Assembly (NCBI GenBank): GCA_010015585.1
Contig: ML975164.1
From: Eremomyces bilateralis CBS 781.70
Taxonomy: Eukaryota
Direction: 5' to 3' (one strand)
Length of the DNA stretch: 47,935 nucleotides
The position numbers were made by a program, and so were the translations under genes. Numbering within the stretch: the first letter of the stretch is position 1; every line of letters begins with the position of its first letter. The notes under the pieces are model-generated. The model was not told the origin of the DNA and made no database searches. It saw nothing but the letters and a program-made list of their open reading frames with translations. Positions 12,773-23,709 of the stretch are shown in pieces.

Positions 12773-15181
12773 ATGGCCCGCTCTACGCATGTCCAAATGG
12801 ACGATGAAGCGAATGGCCAACAAATGGATATTCACCAAGCCAAATCCGTGGCCGAAATCCAAGCCATCCTCTCCTCCCTCCAGCGGCGCGAGGCATCCGT
12901 CACGAGTCGCCTCAACGCCCTCGTCGCTTCGCAAAAAGACCTCTCCCGCGAACTCGGCCGCCTCGACCTCTCCCGTGCCCAGCTCGGCGCTCAGGTCGTC
13001 AACACCCGGTCCATCAGCAATGGCATGCTCGCCGCCGCTGCCTCCACTGCCAGCCGCATCTCCAGCGCCGTCACCCGCCTCGACCAGGAGCAGGCCAACG
13101 TCAAAGCCACGCTCGCCGTCGTCGACCAGGTCGCCGAGCTGAAAGCCTGCGTGCTGGGCGTCAACGGCTCGATGGGCGCCCCCCAGGACTGGGAGATGGC
13201 CGCGACGTATCTGCACCGCGCGGCGAAAATCCCGGCCGACGTCGTCGATGGCGCGTTTGCCGAGGAGATCGTGCCGACCGCGGAGGTGCCCGATGCGCCG
13301 CGGGTGACGCTGGATGCGGCGGCGGCGTCGCTGTGCGCGCTGTTCTTGCGGGAGTTCGAGAAGGCGGCGGCGGAAGGCGACGGGGCACGGATCACGCGGT
13401 TTTTCAAGCTGTTTCCGTTGATTGGGAGGACGGAGGTGGGGCTGAATGCGTATGGTCGCTACGTGTGTCAAGGGGTGGCAGCAAGAGCGCGGCAGAATAT
13501 GGGTGCGGGCGTGCAGAAGAAAGATGGGTTCTTCTATGCCAGCACGTTGACGAAGTTGTTTGAGCACATTGCGCAGATTGTGGATGGGCATGAACCGCTG
13601 GTGGAACGACATTATGGAGTGGGAATGATGGTCACCGTCATTGAGCGACTTCAGGTCGAGGCGGATGTTCAAGGCGGCATTATCCTCGATACCTGGAGTG
13701 AAGAACGCGTTATCGACCGAAAGTTGACCGACATCAAGTCATACGCGTACTCGTTCCTTGTTCAAAGCTTCTTGCCTACCCAGCGACCATCGATGGGACC
13801 TCCACGGTCCGGCTCTCCGGCGATCAAGGACGGGGCAGTTGCAGGACGGTCAAGTGAAGATGAAGGGGTCGATATGAAAGAGGTTGACCAGCTCCTCAGC
13901 GAATCGGCTGTGATGATGGGAAGATGGGCGTTGTACGCAAGGTTCTTAGCCTCCAAGAGTCCCGAGCAGGGTGAGTCGGAAGAAGAGACTGTGCTGAAGA
14001 TGCCGGATTTCCTAATCACGAGCCATCTACACAAAAAGGTGATCAATATCCTGATCGATCCCTTCAATGCCATGACGACCTTCTTCTTCCGGCGATCTGT
14101 CGAGAAGGCTTTCCAATTGGACGAACCTCCACAGGATTTATCGTTGTCCCTGCAGAGGCCTTTGCCAGGAAACGCACCGTTCATCACGTCCGCGGTCGAC
14201 GATGTCATGTACATTGTCAACCAGGTCATTCAGCGCTCGTTATCTACCTCACAACGCAGCGTCATAGCCAACGTAATCCCTACGCTCGCTCGCGTCCTCG
14301 GCTCCGATTTCGTCGGCGTGACCACGCGCAAAATGCGTGACGAATGCTACCCGAAAGCCGCCATTGCCGGCGCGTTACCCCCCGAAGACAAGATCATCGC
14401 CTTCATCCTTCAAATCAACAACCTCGAAGTCTCTATCGACTACATAAAACGAATCATCAGCTCCCACCTTGCCTCCCACCCCTCCAACGCCGACTCCCCC
14501 CCCCAAGAAGGCGCCCAAATCCACACCCAATTCCCCTTCGGCAACGACGCCACCTTCGTCATCCAGCAGCTCAAATCCCTTGAATCCAGCTTCACCACCA
14601 AATGCCACGACCTCCTCACCGACGGCCTCAACGTACTCTTCCACCAAGTCATCAAACCCCGCATCCGCCCCATCCTCCTCGAAACCTTTCGCGACGTCGC
14701 CTACGACCCCCCCTCCGCCCCTCACCCCACCTCTCCCCCGGCTGCCTCATCCTCTCCCACTGAAGATGACCCCGCCCACCAGGTCCGCGAACGCTTCACC
14801 CGCGCCTACACCGCGCTCCTCCGCCCGCTCCTCCGCCTCCTCCCCTCCACCGCCACCACCCCCGGCAGCCCCACCGACCGCCTCCTCTCGCTGACCACCG
14901 AGTACCTCGCGACCGCGCTGGAGAAGCGCGTGTGGGGGCTGCACGGGCGGGTGACGCCGCTCGGGGCGGTGGGGCTGGAGCGGGACGTAGGGGCGATCGT
15001 GGCGGAGGCGACGAGGGGGGGGAGGTATGGCTTGCGGGACGGGTTTGCGCGGTTGGGGCAGTTGGTGATGGTGGTGGGGATGGATGAGGAGGAGTGGGGG
15101 GAGGTGGGGGAGGAAGGAGGGGTGGAGTGGGTGTTGGATGGGGAGGAAAGGAGGAGGGCGAGGGGGATAGTAAGGAGGTGA
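12773..15181 (+). CDS. COG4: Conserved oligomeric Golgi complex subunit 4
   Basis: LKACVLGV.GSMGAPQDWE.AA.YL.RA, ITRFFKLFPLIGR...GL..YGRYVCQG, FFFRRSVEKAFQLDE and APFITSAVDDVMYIV are typical of Pezizomycotina COG4. First in-frame ATG at 12773. Confidence 0.9.
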   Translation: MARSTHVQMDDEANGQQMDIHQAKSVAEIQAILSSLQRREASVTSRLNALVASQKDLSRELGRLDLSRAQLGAQVVNTRSISNGMLAAAASTASRISSAVTRLDQEQANVKATLAVVDQVAELKACVLGVNGSMGAPQDWEMAATYLHRAAKIPADVVDGAFAEEIVPTAEVPDAPRVTLDAAAASLCALFLREFEKAAAEGDGARITRFFKLFPLIGRTEVGLNAYGRYVCQGVAARARQNMGAGVQKKDGFFYASTLTKLFEHIAQIVDGHEPLVERHYGVGMMVTVIERLQVEADVQGGIILDTWSEERVIDRKLTDIKSYAYSFLVQSFLPTQRPSMGPPRSGSPAIKDGAVAGRSSEDEGVDMKEVDQLLSESAVMMGRWALYARFLASKSPEQGESEEETVLKMPDFLITSHLHKKVINILIDPFNAMTTFFFRRSVEKAFQLDEPPQDLSLSLQRPLPGNAPFITSAVDDVMYIVNQVIQRSLSTSQRSVIANVIPTLARVLGSDFVGVTTRKMRDECYPKAAIAGALPPEDKIIAFILQINNLEVSIDYIKRIISSHLASHPSNADSPPQEGAQIHTQFPFGNDATFVIQQLKSLESSFTTKCHDLLTDGLNVLFHQVIKPRIRPILLETFRDVAYDPPSAPHPTSPPAASSSPTEDDPAHQVRERFTRAYTALLRPLLRLLPSTATTPGSPTDRLLSLTTEYLATALEKRVWGLHGRVTPLGAVGLERDVGAIVAEATRGGRYGLRDGFARLGQLVMVVGMDEEEWGEVGEEGGVEWVLDGEERRRARGIVRR

Positions 15182-15759
15182 GGGGGTCGGATGGTAAGGT
15201 TGCGATGTGGATTGGATTTGTGAAGGTGATGGGGTGGTGAGCATATGTAGAGTTCCTTGCCATAGTAACTTCCAATATATGGCAGTCAATTTCCGTCAGC
15301 ACCTCAAGTGAATATGAGTTGGAATAATAAGGTATTTAATGACCACTTCAACGTGTAGGCCCGGTAGGGGTCGGACCGATTGACGTCGCATAGATAAGTA
15401 ATACAAACGTGGGAAGACTTTACCCTGAACAGACATAAACATAGGCATTAACAGCATGATGGAAAATGGTTCCATTATCCTACTCCAAATTTCCCTAACT
15501 ATTCATACCTTATTGTTTAGCGCATAAGCTGTTTACAATGGAGTACGTCGGCTGGGTATGCTAATCGGGACATGATGTATGAACTGGTTGGATTGGTTCT
15601 GATATGATTAGTGACTAGGTACAGTTGGTATCGATCAATAGAACAACAACAAAGGAAATTCATGCGTTCGACTCGTTGCCTGAACCACCGTCCTGGATAT
15701 AATCAATGTCCGAAACCGCATCCCAATGAACGCCATGTGCGCAACTAGACAACCCTCAA

Positions 15760-17948
15760 TCAGTAAATCGGCCGTCCCTCATCCCAACGCCTCGCCTCAG
15801 CCGGCGCGCCATTCGTCTGATCCTCCCAATGTACACTCGGGCTCTCATTCCTGCTCGACCGCCCCTCCAACGGCCCCAGACTAAACCTTCCACTCGCCCT
15901 CTTCTCCGTGTTCCTCGCATCTTCAATCGCGCCCGTCCACTCCCACACCTTGCTAATATCGCCGTGCCGCGTCTCCTTGGTCGTCGGCCGCACGTTCGAG
16001 TTGTTCTCCACCTTCTTCTGCACCTTCTCCCACAGCTTGCCGCGCCGCGTCGCCGAGAACTCGTCGCGAAGGAGGTCGTCGCGGAGCTGCACCATGCTGA
16101 GATACGCGTCGGGGTGCGCGCGCTCATCGTACGCGTTGAGCGAGGCTTGGTTCGCGAGGCGGTCCATCGCCACGCGCGCGAGCTGCTTGGCTTTCGCTTC
16201 CACGTTCTTCTGGTACTGCACGCGGTGCCGGGCGTAGAAGCCAGAGGAGACCGTGAGGAGGAAAATCACAACTTTGAGAAGATGTCGCGCCACTTGCTGT
16301 CGAAACCATCGTCGGGCAGCGCAGCTGACAGGGAGTCGGGCGAGGGAGTTGCTGGAGAGGGTGCGTCCTTTGGTTCTGTAGGAGAAGCAACGAGTCTGGT
16401 CAGTGTCAGATTTACAACAAGGTTTTGTACCACAGGGCACGGGGATTTATGAGAGGAGACTTACCCATCAGTTCCGACCGCAATTTCATCGCGACTGAGG
16501 ATCTCAGGGATCGCACCGGAAAATAGATCGTCGAACTCGGCATCGCTCATACCACCTCGCTTCTTGCGCATGCGGCTAACCTCTTTCTTCAGCTCCTCCT
16601 CAGATATCTCCGGTGACTTTTGATGTTTGCCCTGCTCATCGACAAGCTCGCCACACTCGAAGGCGGCGTTACGCTCTCGCATTACCTCCACGGCTCGATC
16701 CGCAACCGCCTTGACCTTCCGTGCTTGCAGGCCATCTGGCTCACAGCTGGGAGGAATCGGCACCAAGCCGCCTAGCGACAGCGGATGTGGCTTCAGAACG
16801 AACCCTTTCTCGCAAGTCGTCTCCAGATTCTCGTAGCACAATGCGTGGTGCGGACATGGTTCGCAATGGAGGAGGTTCTCCCGAACCGCCTCGGGAACGT
16901 GAACACCCGCCAGTTCGGTGGCAGGCTCTTTACCAATCCCGCAGTAACCAACCTGCATTTTCTCTTCACGCCATAAGTGGAAAAGCCCCGCAAACAGGGC
17001 GAGGAATATGGTCAAAATGGAAAGGCCGCCCGCTGTGCTCGACGTACTGCGCTCCCGCGGTCGTCTCGCGACGCGCAGTTGGGGGCTTTCCGATTCGGCT
17101 TTGACAAGATCCAGTGTCTCTTCCGGTGTGAACTCTTCGCCTGCCTCAACCACTGGCTCCGACTTGCGATTCTTCACTCGGGGAACAGGCATCTCGAATG
17201 TAGTCCTGGTGGGAACGGAATATCCATCTTCATGAAATGGCAAAGCAGGCGTGGTTACGCGTCTCTTGTCGCCACTGCTCTTCCTTTTCGCTCTCTGCTC
17301 GCCATCCAGTGTCTTCCTCGTTCGACTCCTGGACGCCGTTCGTGGCGCCGAGGGCGGAGAGCTGCCACCACTTTGAAATGGATTTTCAGCGGAAAACGGG
17401 CTATCGTCCCCAAGCTTGCTCCACATGTCTGGCTCAGGATCTTCGGTTTTCACATTCGGGACCTCGCTCTTGCGTGTTCGTCTTTGCTTCGGTTTCTCGA
17501 CTTCCGACTCTGTTTCCGACCGCGCATGTTTGCTCGATGGCCGTTTGCCCGGTGTTTTCCCCGGCGTTTTCCTCGGAGTCTTTCCTGGAGTTTTTCCCGC
17601 TGGTTCCAACGTATCGGGTTCAGCGCTGCTCCTAGTGGTGCGTCGGCTGGTGCGCGTCGCCGGAGACGGCTTCGGGGGAGGAAGCATTTCCCCAAGCTCA
17701 TCGTCGTCGGCCGTACTCGCTTGACTGGATGGGACATCGATGATCCCTTTCGATGATCGTTTCGCGGTTTGTCGTGACTTTAGAATCTTGCCTGCTTGTG
17801 GCGTAACATTGCTTTTGAAGAGCTCTACTAGCTGTGGCTTCAGCGCTCCAGATGGATATTGCACATTGTGTTCCACCAGAATCCCGCGGATCTGAGGGAC
17901 AGTGAGTTTCGATGGGTCGAAGGACGGTGAGAGGTATTCGTCCGCCAT
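15760..17948 (-). CDS. SRC1: Inner nuclear membrane protein Src1/Heh1 (HeH/LEM + Man1-Src1p C-terminal domain)
   Basis: N-terminal EYLSPSFDPSKLTVPQIRGILVEHNVQYPS (HeH domain); TM segment followed by WREEK..VGYCG, CEPCP.HA.C and KPHPLSLGGLVPIPPSCEPD; C-terminal QLRDDLLRDEFS...LWEKVQKKVENNSNVR...VWEW.G. Intron 16376-16464. Confidence 0.93.
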
Positions 17949-18303
17949 GGTGAAGTGAGTGAGAGGTAGATGTGGCGGGAGGGGTGATTGTTTTGATGAT
18001 GACGTCGCGGATTGCTCTCACGCTGTGGTGAAGAGACTACCAGATGCAGGACTAATCAAACCGCAAAGGGCAAAAAGGATCCAATGAAATATGCACGTCC
18101 ATAGAACTGGAGCAGTCAGATTGGAGGATGAAAGATTGATTTCCTCTGTGGACAAGAATATTCATAAACAAAGAACGATAATACCGGTAGCGTTGGAGGA
18201 AGAAGCTTGGACGCGATGTTCTGCCGCTAACTGAACACCGAACAGTCGCTTGGACCAATCAATCGTCAGTTCTGCCTGGACCCCGTGACCATGACCCTCA
18301 GAT

Positions 18304-18324
18304 CACGTGTTTTAATATCACGTG
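18304..18324. promoter_or_regulatory. Two tandem CACGTG E-boxes (both in ATCACGTG context) upstream of SRC1
   Basis: CACGTG at 18304-18309 and 18319-18324, about 360 bp upstream of the SRC1 ATG. bHLH (Cbf1/SREBP-type) binding is an inference. Confidence 0.4.
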
Positions 18325-19139
18325 GGAGCTTTCTGATCAAAATCTCGTCGATTGACATTATGATTCTCTCTTCCACTTCCAACTATGACGGAAATCATTC
18401 AAGTTTGCAATTGCATATAATCGACTTATGGAGAGCATCCGAACCTACTATCAAAGGATCGTTATGTCCACATATCAACCGAGTGGATCATCCTAGAAGT
18501 GTGAATTTGCACCTCTCCTGGGTACAGGTATGTTCTGGCAGTGCCTTCACATGGGGTTTCAGTCCTCTCCGAGTCCAATTATTTCCTAAGCCATTTCTTC
18601 CTTCTTTTCCAGAGTCATTTCCTTCATTTCCTGGTCTTCATATGGCGGGTCAAGTTCGGTACAGCATGGCCCCCCTCCGCGTCCAATCCTTGTTCAGCGT
18701 AATCTATCTGGGATCAAGCAGCAATTGAGACGTCCTTGTATTATGGCCAAATCCCCATGATCTGTAGCTCCCATTGGCCATCTAGCGAACAATCGAGGTT
18801 CATGGAAGATCAGAAACAGGACTAACCCGGATCGGCTTATATCCAACCTGTCTTGCGATAACAATCGTGACTTCCTGACCAGATGGCATCCTTCTATACT
18901 TTTTCGAACCTGGTTGATCTCGTTTCTAGCTCCTAGGGCCGTCGCAATGGGTATTTCCCAATTCTGGCTTGGTGAATGGTTTTCTACACATCACGCCCCC
19001 CAATTTCGGGGGAGCCAGGATCAAACTCCACAGTTGTATCCCCGGCAGCTCGGCCTCCGCTACAAATGGAGCGAAATGTCCTCTGCACGATGGTAATTCA
19101 ATTACAATGCGCAGGACTTAGGTACGATGAACTTCTCCA

Positions 19140-19183
19140 CCAATAAGCACCAATGGGTCTGAACCTTCCCGGCTTCGTTCCCG
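19140..19183 (+). promoter_or_regulatory. CGG-N8-CCG (ClrB/CLR-2-type cellulase activator site) plus two CCAAT boxes in the GH6 promoter
   Basis: CGGcttcgttcCCG at 19170-19183; CCAAT at 19140 and 19150; about 200 bp upstream of the GH6 ATG, with a TATA-like ATATATAT near 19299. Confidence 0.5.
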
Positions 19184-19385
19184 TTATGGTACGATGAGTA
19201 AATTGTTGCTCGATAGAGCGAACAGTATGTCCTGGGCCTTGGTTTGCAGAACCGATCCGTATGCCCTAGGCTTTGGTCTGCAGAGCCGAACCGACAAATA
19301 TATATCATCTCAAGCCTTCAGTTTGGTTCCTGCTGCGCGTAAACATTTAGTTATTCCTTCAAATTCCTTCTAGGCAGATCTCATC

Positions 19386-20762
19386 ATGAAGACTTCACTC
19401 TTTTCAGTGGCGACCGTCTTTGCCTCTGGTGCAGTTGCTGTGGCCCTTCCAGAACCTAGGCCTGAGCCTACGGCGGCTCCATCTCCAGTTGCAGTTGAAG
19501 CTTCCACTACGACGGCTGCAGTTGAAGGCAACCCTTTCGCTGGCTACGAGCTCTACGTCAACCCATACTACTCATCGGAAGTGCATTCTATCGCTATTCC
19601 TTCCCTGCAAACCGGCGGAAAGACAGCACTGATCCCGAAGGCATCTGCGGCGGCGAAAGTACCGTCTTTCGTTTGGCTGTATGTCTTCATCACAAGGAAT
19701 AGTTAAAAAGCAGCGCTAACTCGGAGCTGCAGTGACACACAGGAGAAGGTATCTTCGGTCAAAGGATATGCCGAAGAAATACAAAAACAGAACGCTGCTG
19801 GCCAAAAGGTGGCCTTTCCATTGGTGGTCTACAATCTTCCAGATCGTGATTGTGCGGCCCTCGCTTCCAACGGAGAGCTGGCTATCGCGGATGACGGAGT
19901 GGAGAAGTACAAGGCTTACATTGACTCTATCGTCACCGAAGTCAAGGCATTCTCTGATTTGAGGTTCATCCTGATCATCGGTATGTACATATGCTCTGGG
20001 CCTTTTGCTCCGGCTAACGCCTCGAAGAACCGGATAGCTTGGCCAACTTAATTACAAACCTGGGAACCTCCAAATGCGCCGGCGCGGCCGACGCCTACAA
20101 GGAGGGTATCAACTACGCGATCAAGAACCTCGCACTCCCAAACGTCTCCATGTACCTTGACGCTGCACATGGCGGATGGCTTGGATGGCCAGCGAATCTC
20201 TCTCCGGCCGCGCAGCTATTCGCCCAGGTATACAAAGACGCGGGAAGCCCACCACAGCTCCGTGGGTTGGTTACAAATGTTGCGAATTATAACGCGTTCT
20301 CCATTGCCCAATGTCCTTCATACACTCAAGGTAACGAGAACTGCGATGAGAAGAAGTACATCAACAGCTTCGCTCCAGTACTTAAGGAGAATGGCTTCCC
20401 CGCGCAATTCATCGTCGATACTGGTATGTGACCCCTTCTTGATTGATATATTCCTTTCACTAACCATACACCTAGGCCGCAACGGAAAACAACCGACCGG
20501 ACAACAGATTTGGGGCGATTGGTGCAACATTAAAGATACCGGCTTCGGCGCCCGCCCTACTGCTGAGACCGGCGATCCACTTGTCGATGCCTTCGTCTGG
20601 GTCAAACCCGGCGGGGAGAGCGATGGCACATCGGATAGCTCTGCTACCCGCTTCGATGGAAAATGTGCATCCGGGTCGTCGCTGACGCCGGCACCAGAGG
20701 CAGGGAATTGGTTCCAAGCCTATTTTGAACAGCTGTTGACGAACGCTAACCCTCCCTTGTAA
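19386..20762 (+). CDS. Glycoside hydrolase family 6 cellobiohydrolase II (secreted, no CBM1)
   Basis: Signal peptide; GNPFAGYELYVNPYYSSEV, KVPSFVWLD, VVYNLPDRDCAALASNGE, IIEPDSLANLITN, YLDAAHGGWLGWPAN, VTNVANYN, WGDWCN, DAFVWVKPGGESDGTS, APEAG.WFQAYF. Introns 19679-19732, 19981-20027, 20424-20475. Confidence 0.97.
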
Positions 20763-21233
20763 CTGTACATTCTTACAACTACTCAGTATTACCAGTCGAA
20801 TAGTGGCGGTCTATCACTGCTTACTCGAGACATGAATAAAAGCCTTTTCTTGCTGTGGTCAGTGGTGCAATTGCTGTGGTGAAAATTTTTACTATCGTGG
20901 AAATTGGTTAGAAATCCTCGGAAATCAGTGATTTACAATACACTGAGAACATCCTACAATGAGGTGATATCTATCGTGGTTGCAGGATTTCCTATTTCGT
21001 CATCTCCGGGCTCCGTAGGTAGTTGCATGTAATCTACATGAAAGCACGAAATTAAGCCTTCTGTCTCAACCAGGTACGGAAGTTCCATTCAGGATTGCCC
21101 CTGTCAATATGACTTGCTAAAAGTCGATATCTGAATATGGCAACCGGAAATATAGAGAAAGTCACTATGTATTCGAGCCATGTGTTCCCAGCTGCATGCG
21201 TACTGAAAAGAACTGGTCGTTCGAAACCTCAAA

Positions 21234-22291
21234 ATGCTCACCAAACACCTCCTATCCCAGGCGATTTTCGGCGCCGTTGCCTCCGCAGGTAACTTACTTT
21301 CTAGAAGTTCTCCTTTTAAGTAATTGACTAAACGTACCGCAGGCACCCTCCTCTAGGACGGCCGCTTCAACGACCTCACCAGCTCCGCTAACCTCTCCAA
21401 ATGGTCCTAGTCCAACCAAGTCGGGCCCTTCCAATATTACATCCACGGCACCGGCGACTTGACGAACTACGTCAACCTATCTCCGGACTTCAAGAACCCC
21501 GCAGATACGGCGTCGACGCAGGGCGTCAAGATCACGCTGGACGCGACGGCGAAATGGAACAGTGATATGTGGCAGACGGGGCTGATTCCGCAGACGAAGG
21601 CGGCGATTAATTCCGGGAGGGTGGGGTATCATTTTAGTATGAAGCGGACGGAGTTGAATCCTCCGAATGCTGAGTATGAGCATCAGGTGAACTTTTTGTA
21701 GGTGTTGGGTTGTGAGCATGGATGAGAGAAGCAGGCTAATGGAAACACAGTGAAAGCCACTTCACGAAGATGAAGTATGGTTGGGTAGTACGTATTTGAG
21801 CACGGCGAGATGGGAAACACGGAGATGGCTAATGACTTGATAGATGGGGAACAAGGGACGTCGAATCCCAACTTGCAGTGGATGATCGGTGGCCAGGGCA
21901 AGTGGAAGACGGAGTTCACACCCGATGCGTGGTATAACTTTGCTTATGACATTGTACGGTCTGCCCTTCTTAACGTTCCCGAATTGCTATCCTGACCACA
22001 TGAGCAGGACTTCGGGACCCAGACAGTTGATTTGTACGCATCCACCGGCGCCGACCCACTAAAGGTCGTAGTTCCACCGCAGTCTGCTTCCACATCTTTA
22101 GTACGTATGATCCCGACGAATATCGCCAGACCGTCCCTGAAAGATCTTAGAATGGTGCGGATTGGCATCTGGGTGTCCTGCGGCTTCCACGTGGAGGATC
22201 CTCGGACACCGCTCCAGAGGACTGGTATTTCAGTGGCGTGTACGTCGAGAGTGGCGAGATCACGACGTCCATCAGCGGCCCTTCAGCGTAG
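21234..22291 (+). pseudogene. Glycoside hydrolase family 131 beta-glucanase pseudogene
   Basis: Spliced translation: GTLL*DGRFNDL...KWS*SNQVGPFQYYIHG...YVNLSPDFKNPAD...GVKITLD..AKWN...LIPQT...EHQV.FFESHFT...NGADWHLGVLRLP...EDWYFSGVYVESG.ITTS. In-frame TAG at 21354 and 21408 fall at Trp positions, and the conserved RTE motif reads QTG. Confidence 0.88.
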
Positions 22292-22375
22292 GATATTAGA
22301 CGTCCGCGTAGGACGACCAAAAATCAGCGTAGCATATCGCGCTTTGATGCCACTGTCATGCTCGTTCCTAGAATT

Positions 22376-23230
22376 TCAAGGAGTAGGCCCATGACCTTGT
22401 AGCCACCGTATCCAAGTGCCGTCCGCCCACGTATCGCCCATTTCCTGCGCCAACATCGCCGCTGTTCGTCCTTCTGTGTCTTTTAGGGACCGAATATCCA
22501 CCTTGCCATCCTGCCTCGGTCTCGTAATGTCATACTGCACCGCCAATGCATGCACCTCGTCCGGAAACTCTTGAAGGTCCAGCGTGGATGCCAAGTAGAG
22601 CAGTAGACACACGATCCGTCTGCTTCCACTGGCCACAGCGGCATGGAGCGCCGTCTGGAGATCGCCAAGGGTGTCCTGGTAGCGGAGTATGTCGATTGGC
22701 TGTCCTGATTCCGCGCCGGCAGTTGCGCTGCCGTCCTCTTCATCCACGCCTTCGTCATCGTCCTGGAGCATTTCGATTAGGTCGTCAAGGTTCTCGTCAC
22801 CACCGCGGCAGAGTTCAAGAAATGCATGTGGTTTCCGCTCCTCCGGGTAGGTCCGCAAATAGGCTTCTTCAGCAAGTAGAGGGAGGATATCGAGGTTTGC
22901 TTGTAGTCCGCCTTCATTGTCGAGGTTGACCAGGAGTTGTTCGCCGCCCTGACCGTTCGTGGAGGTAATCGGAGCGGAGCATTTTGGGCAGGTGTTGTAC
23001 GTATAGGAATCGAGGAGGCATTGCCTGTAGATAGACGTTGGTAATTGCTCGGTCAAACAGATTGAGGGGGATTACCAATGGAACTTGTCTCCGCATGCGA
23101 GTAACTCTACGGAGTCCGGCACTGTTGTGGTGGCTCCTCCGGTACTGGGTCCAGCTTCTTGCATTTCTTCATCCGAGTCCGGCTCGATCTCGAGGATTAG
23201 AGGATTCTGGCAGGCAGAACAGACATCCAT
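22376..23230 (-). CDS. Conserved hypothetical protein with an N-terminal RING-like zinc finger and a C-terminal ankyrin-like repeat
   Basis: MDVCSACQNPL...LLACGDKFHW|QCLLDSYTYNTCPKC (intron 23025-23075), NEGGLQANLDILPLLAEEAYL..YPEERK..AFLELCR.GD, QTALHAAVASG, D.EGRTA. Confidence 0.8.
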
Positions 23231-23709
23231 CTTAGGAACTGACTCGAAGATTTGTATAATCTGGAATAGTTCAATGATCTAAACGAAATATATTCAATTC
23301 TGAATACTATTGGGCGGAGTTGCTACAGTATGGAGGGGTGTTGATATGCCAAAAATTTAAATTGTCAAAAATCATCTCATCCCCTGGTGACATCAGCTCC
23401 ACCATGAACTGAAATAAGAATACGTTACCCTATTCATCTGCAAAACAATGGCAGAATTATTCAACAGGCACATATTAATAAAATCGTCAAAAAATGGGAG
23501 GCTGTATGTTCAAGTCTGTAAATTTGAGACCATGATAGCCTTACTATCTAACGTCTCATATGATCATGGTTGAAGCAAAATCGAATTTCTGTGAATCCCG
23601 TCTCGTCCTTACTACAATCGCTAGTTCCAACCCAAGTGTCGCCAAATACCAAAATGCTAAGGAATGGCTCTAGCGTGCATACGCCGTCGATCGTTCAAAC
23701 AAATTCTGT

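Noticed and set aside
21354..21410. A-to-I stop-codon repair or TAG reassignment as an explanation for the GH131 stops
   Set aside because: The same gene has an E>G change in the active-site motif and a probable frameshift that editing cannot fix, and TAG terminates intact genes here (e.g. the SDR at 31829).
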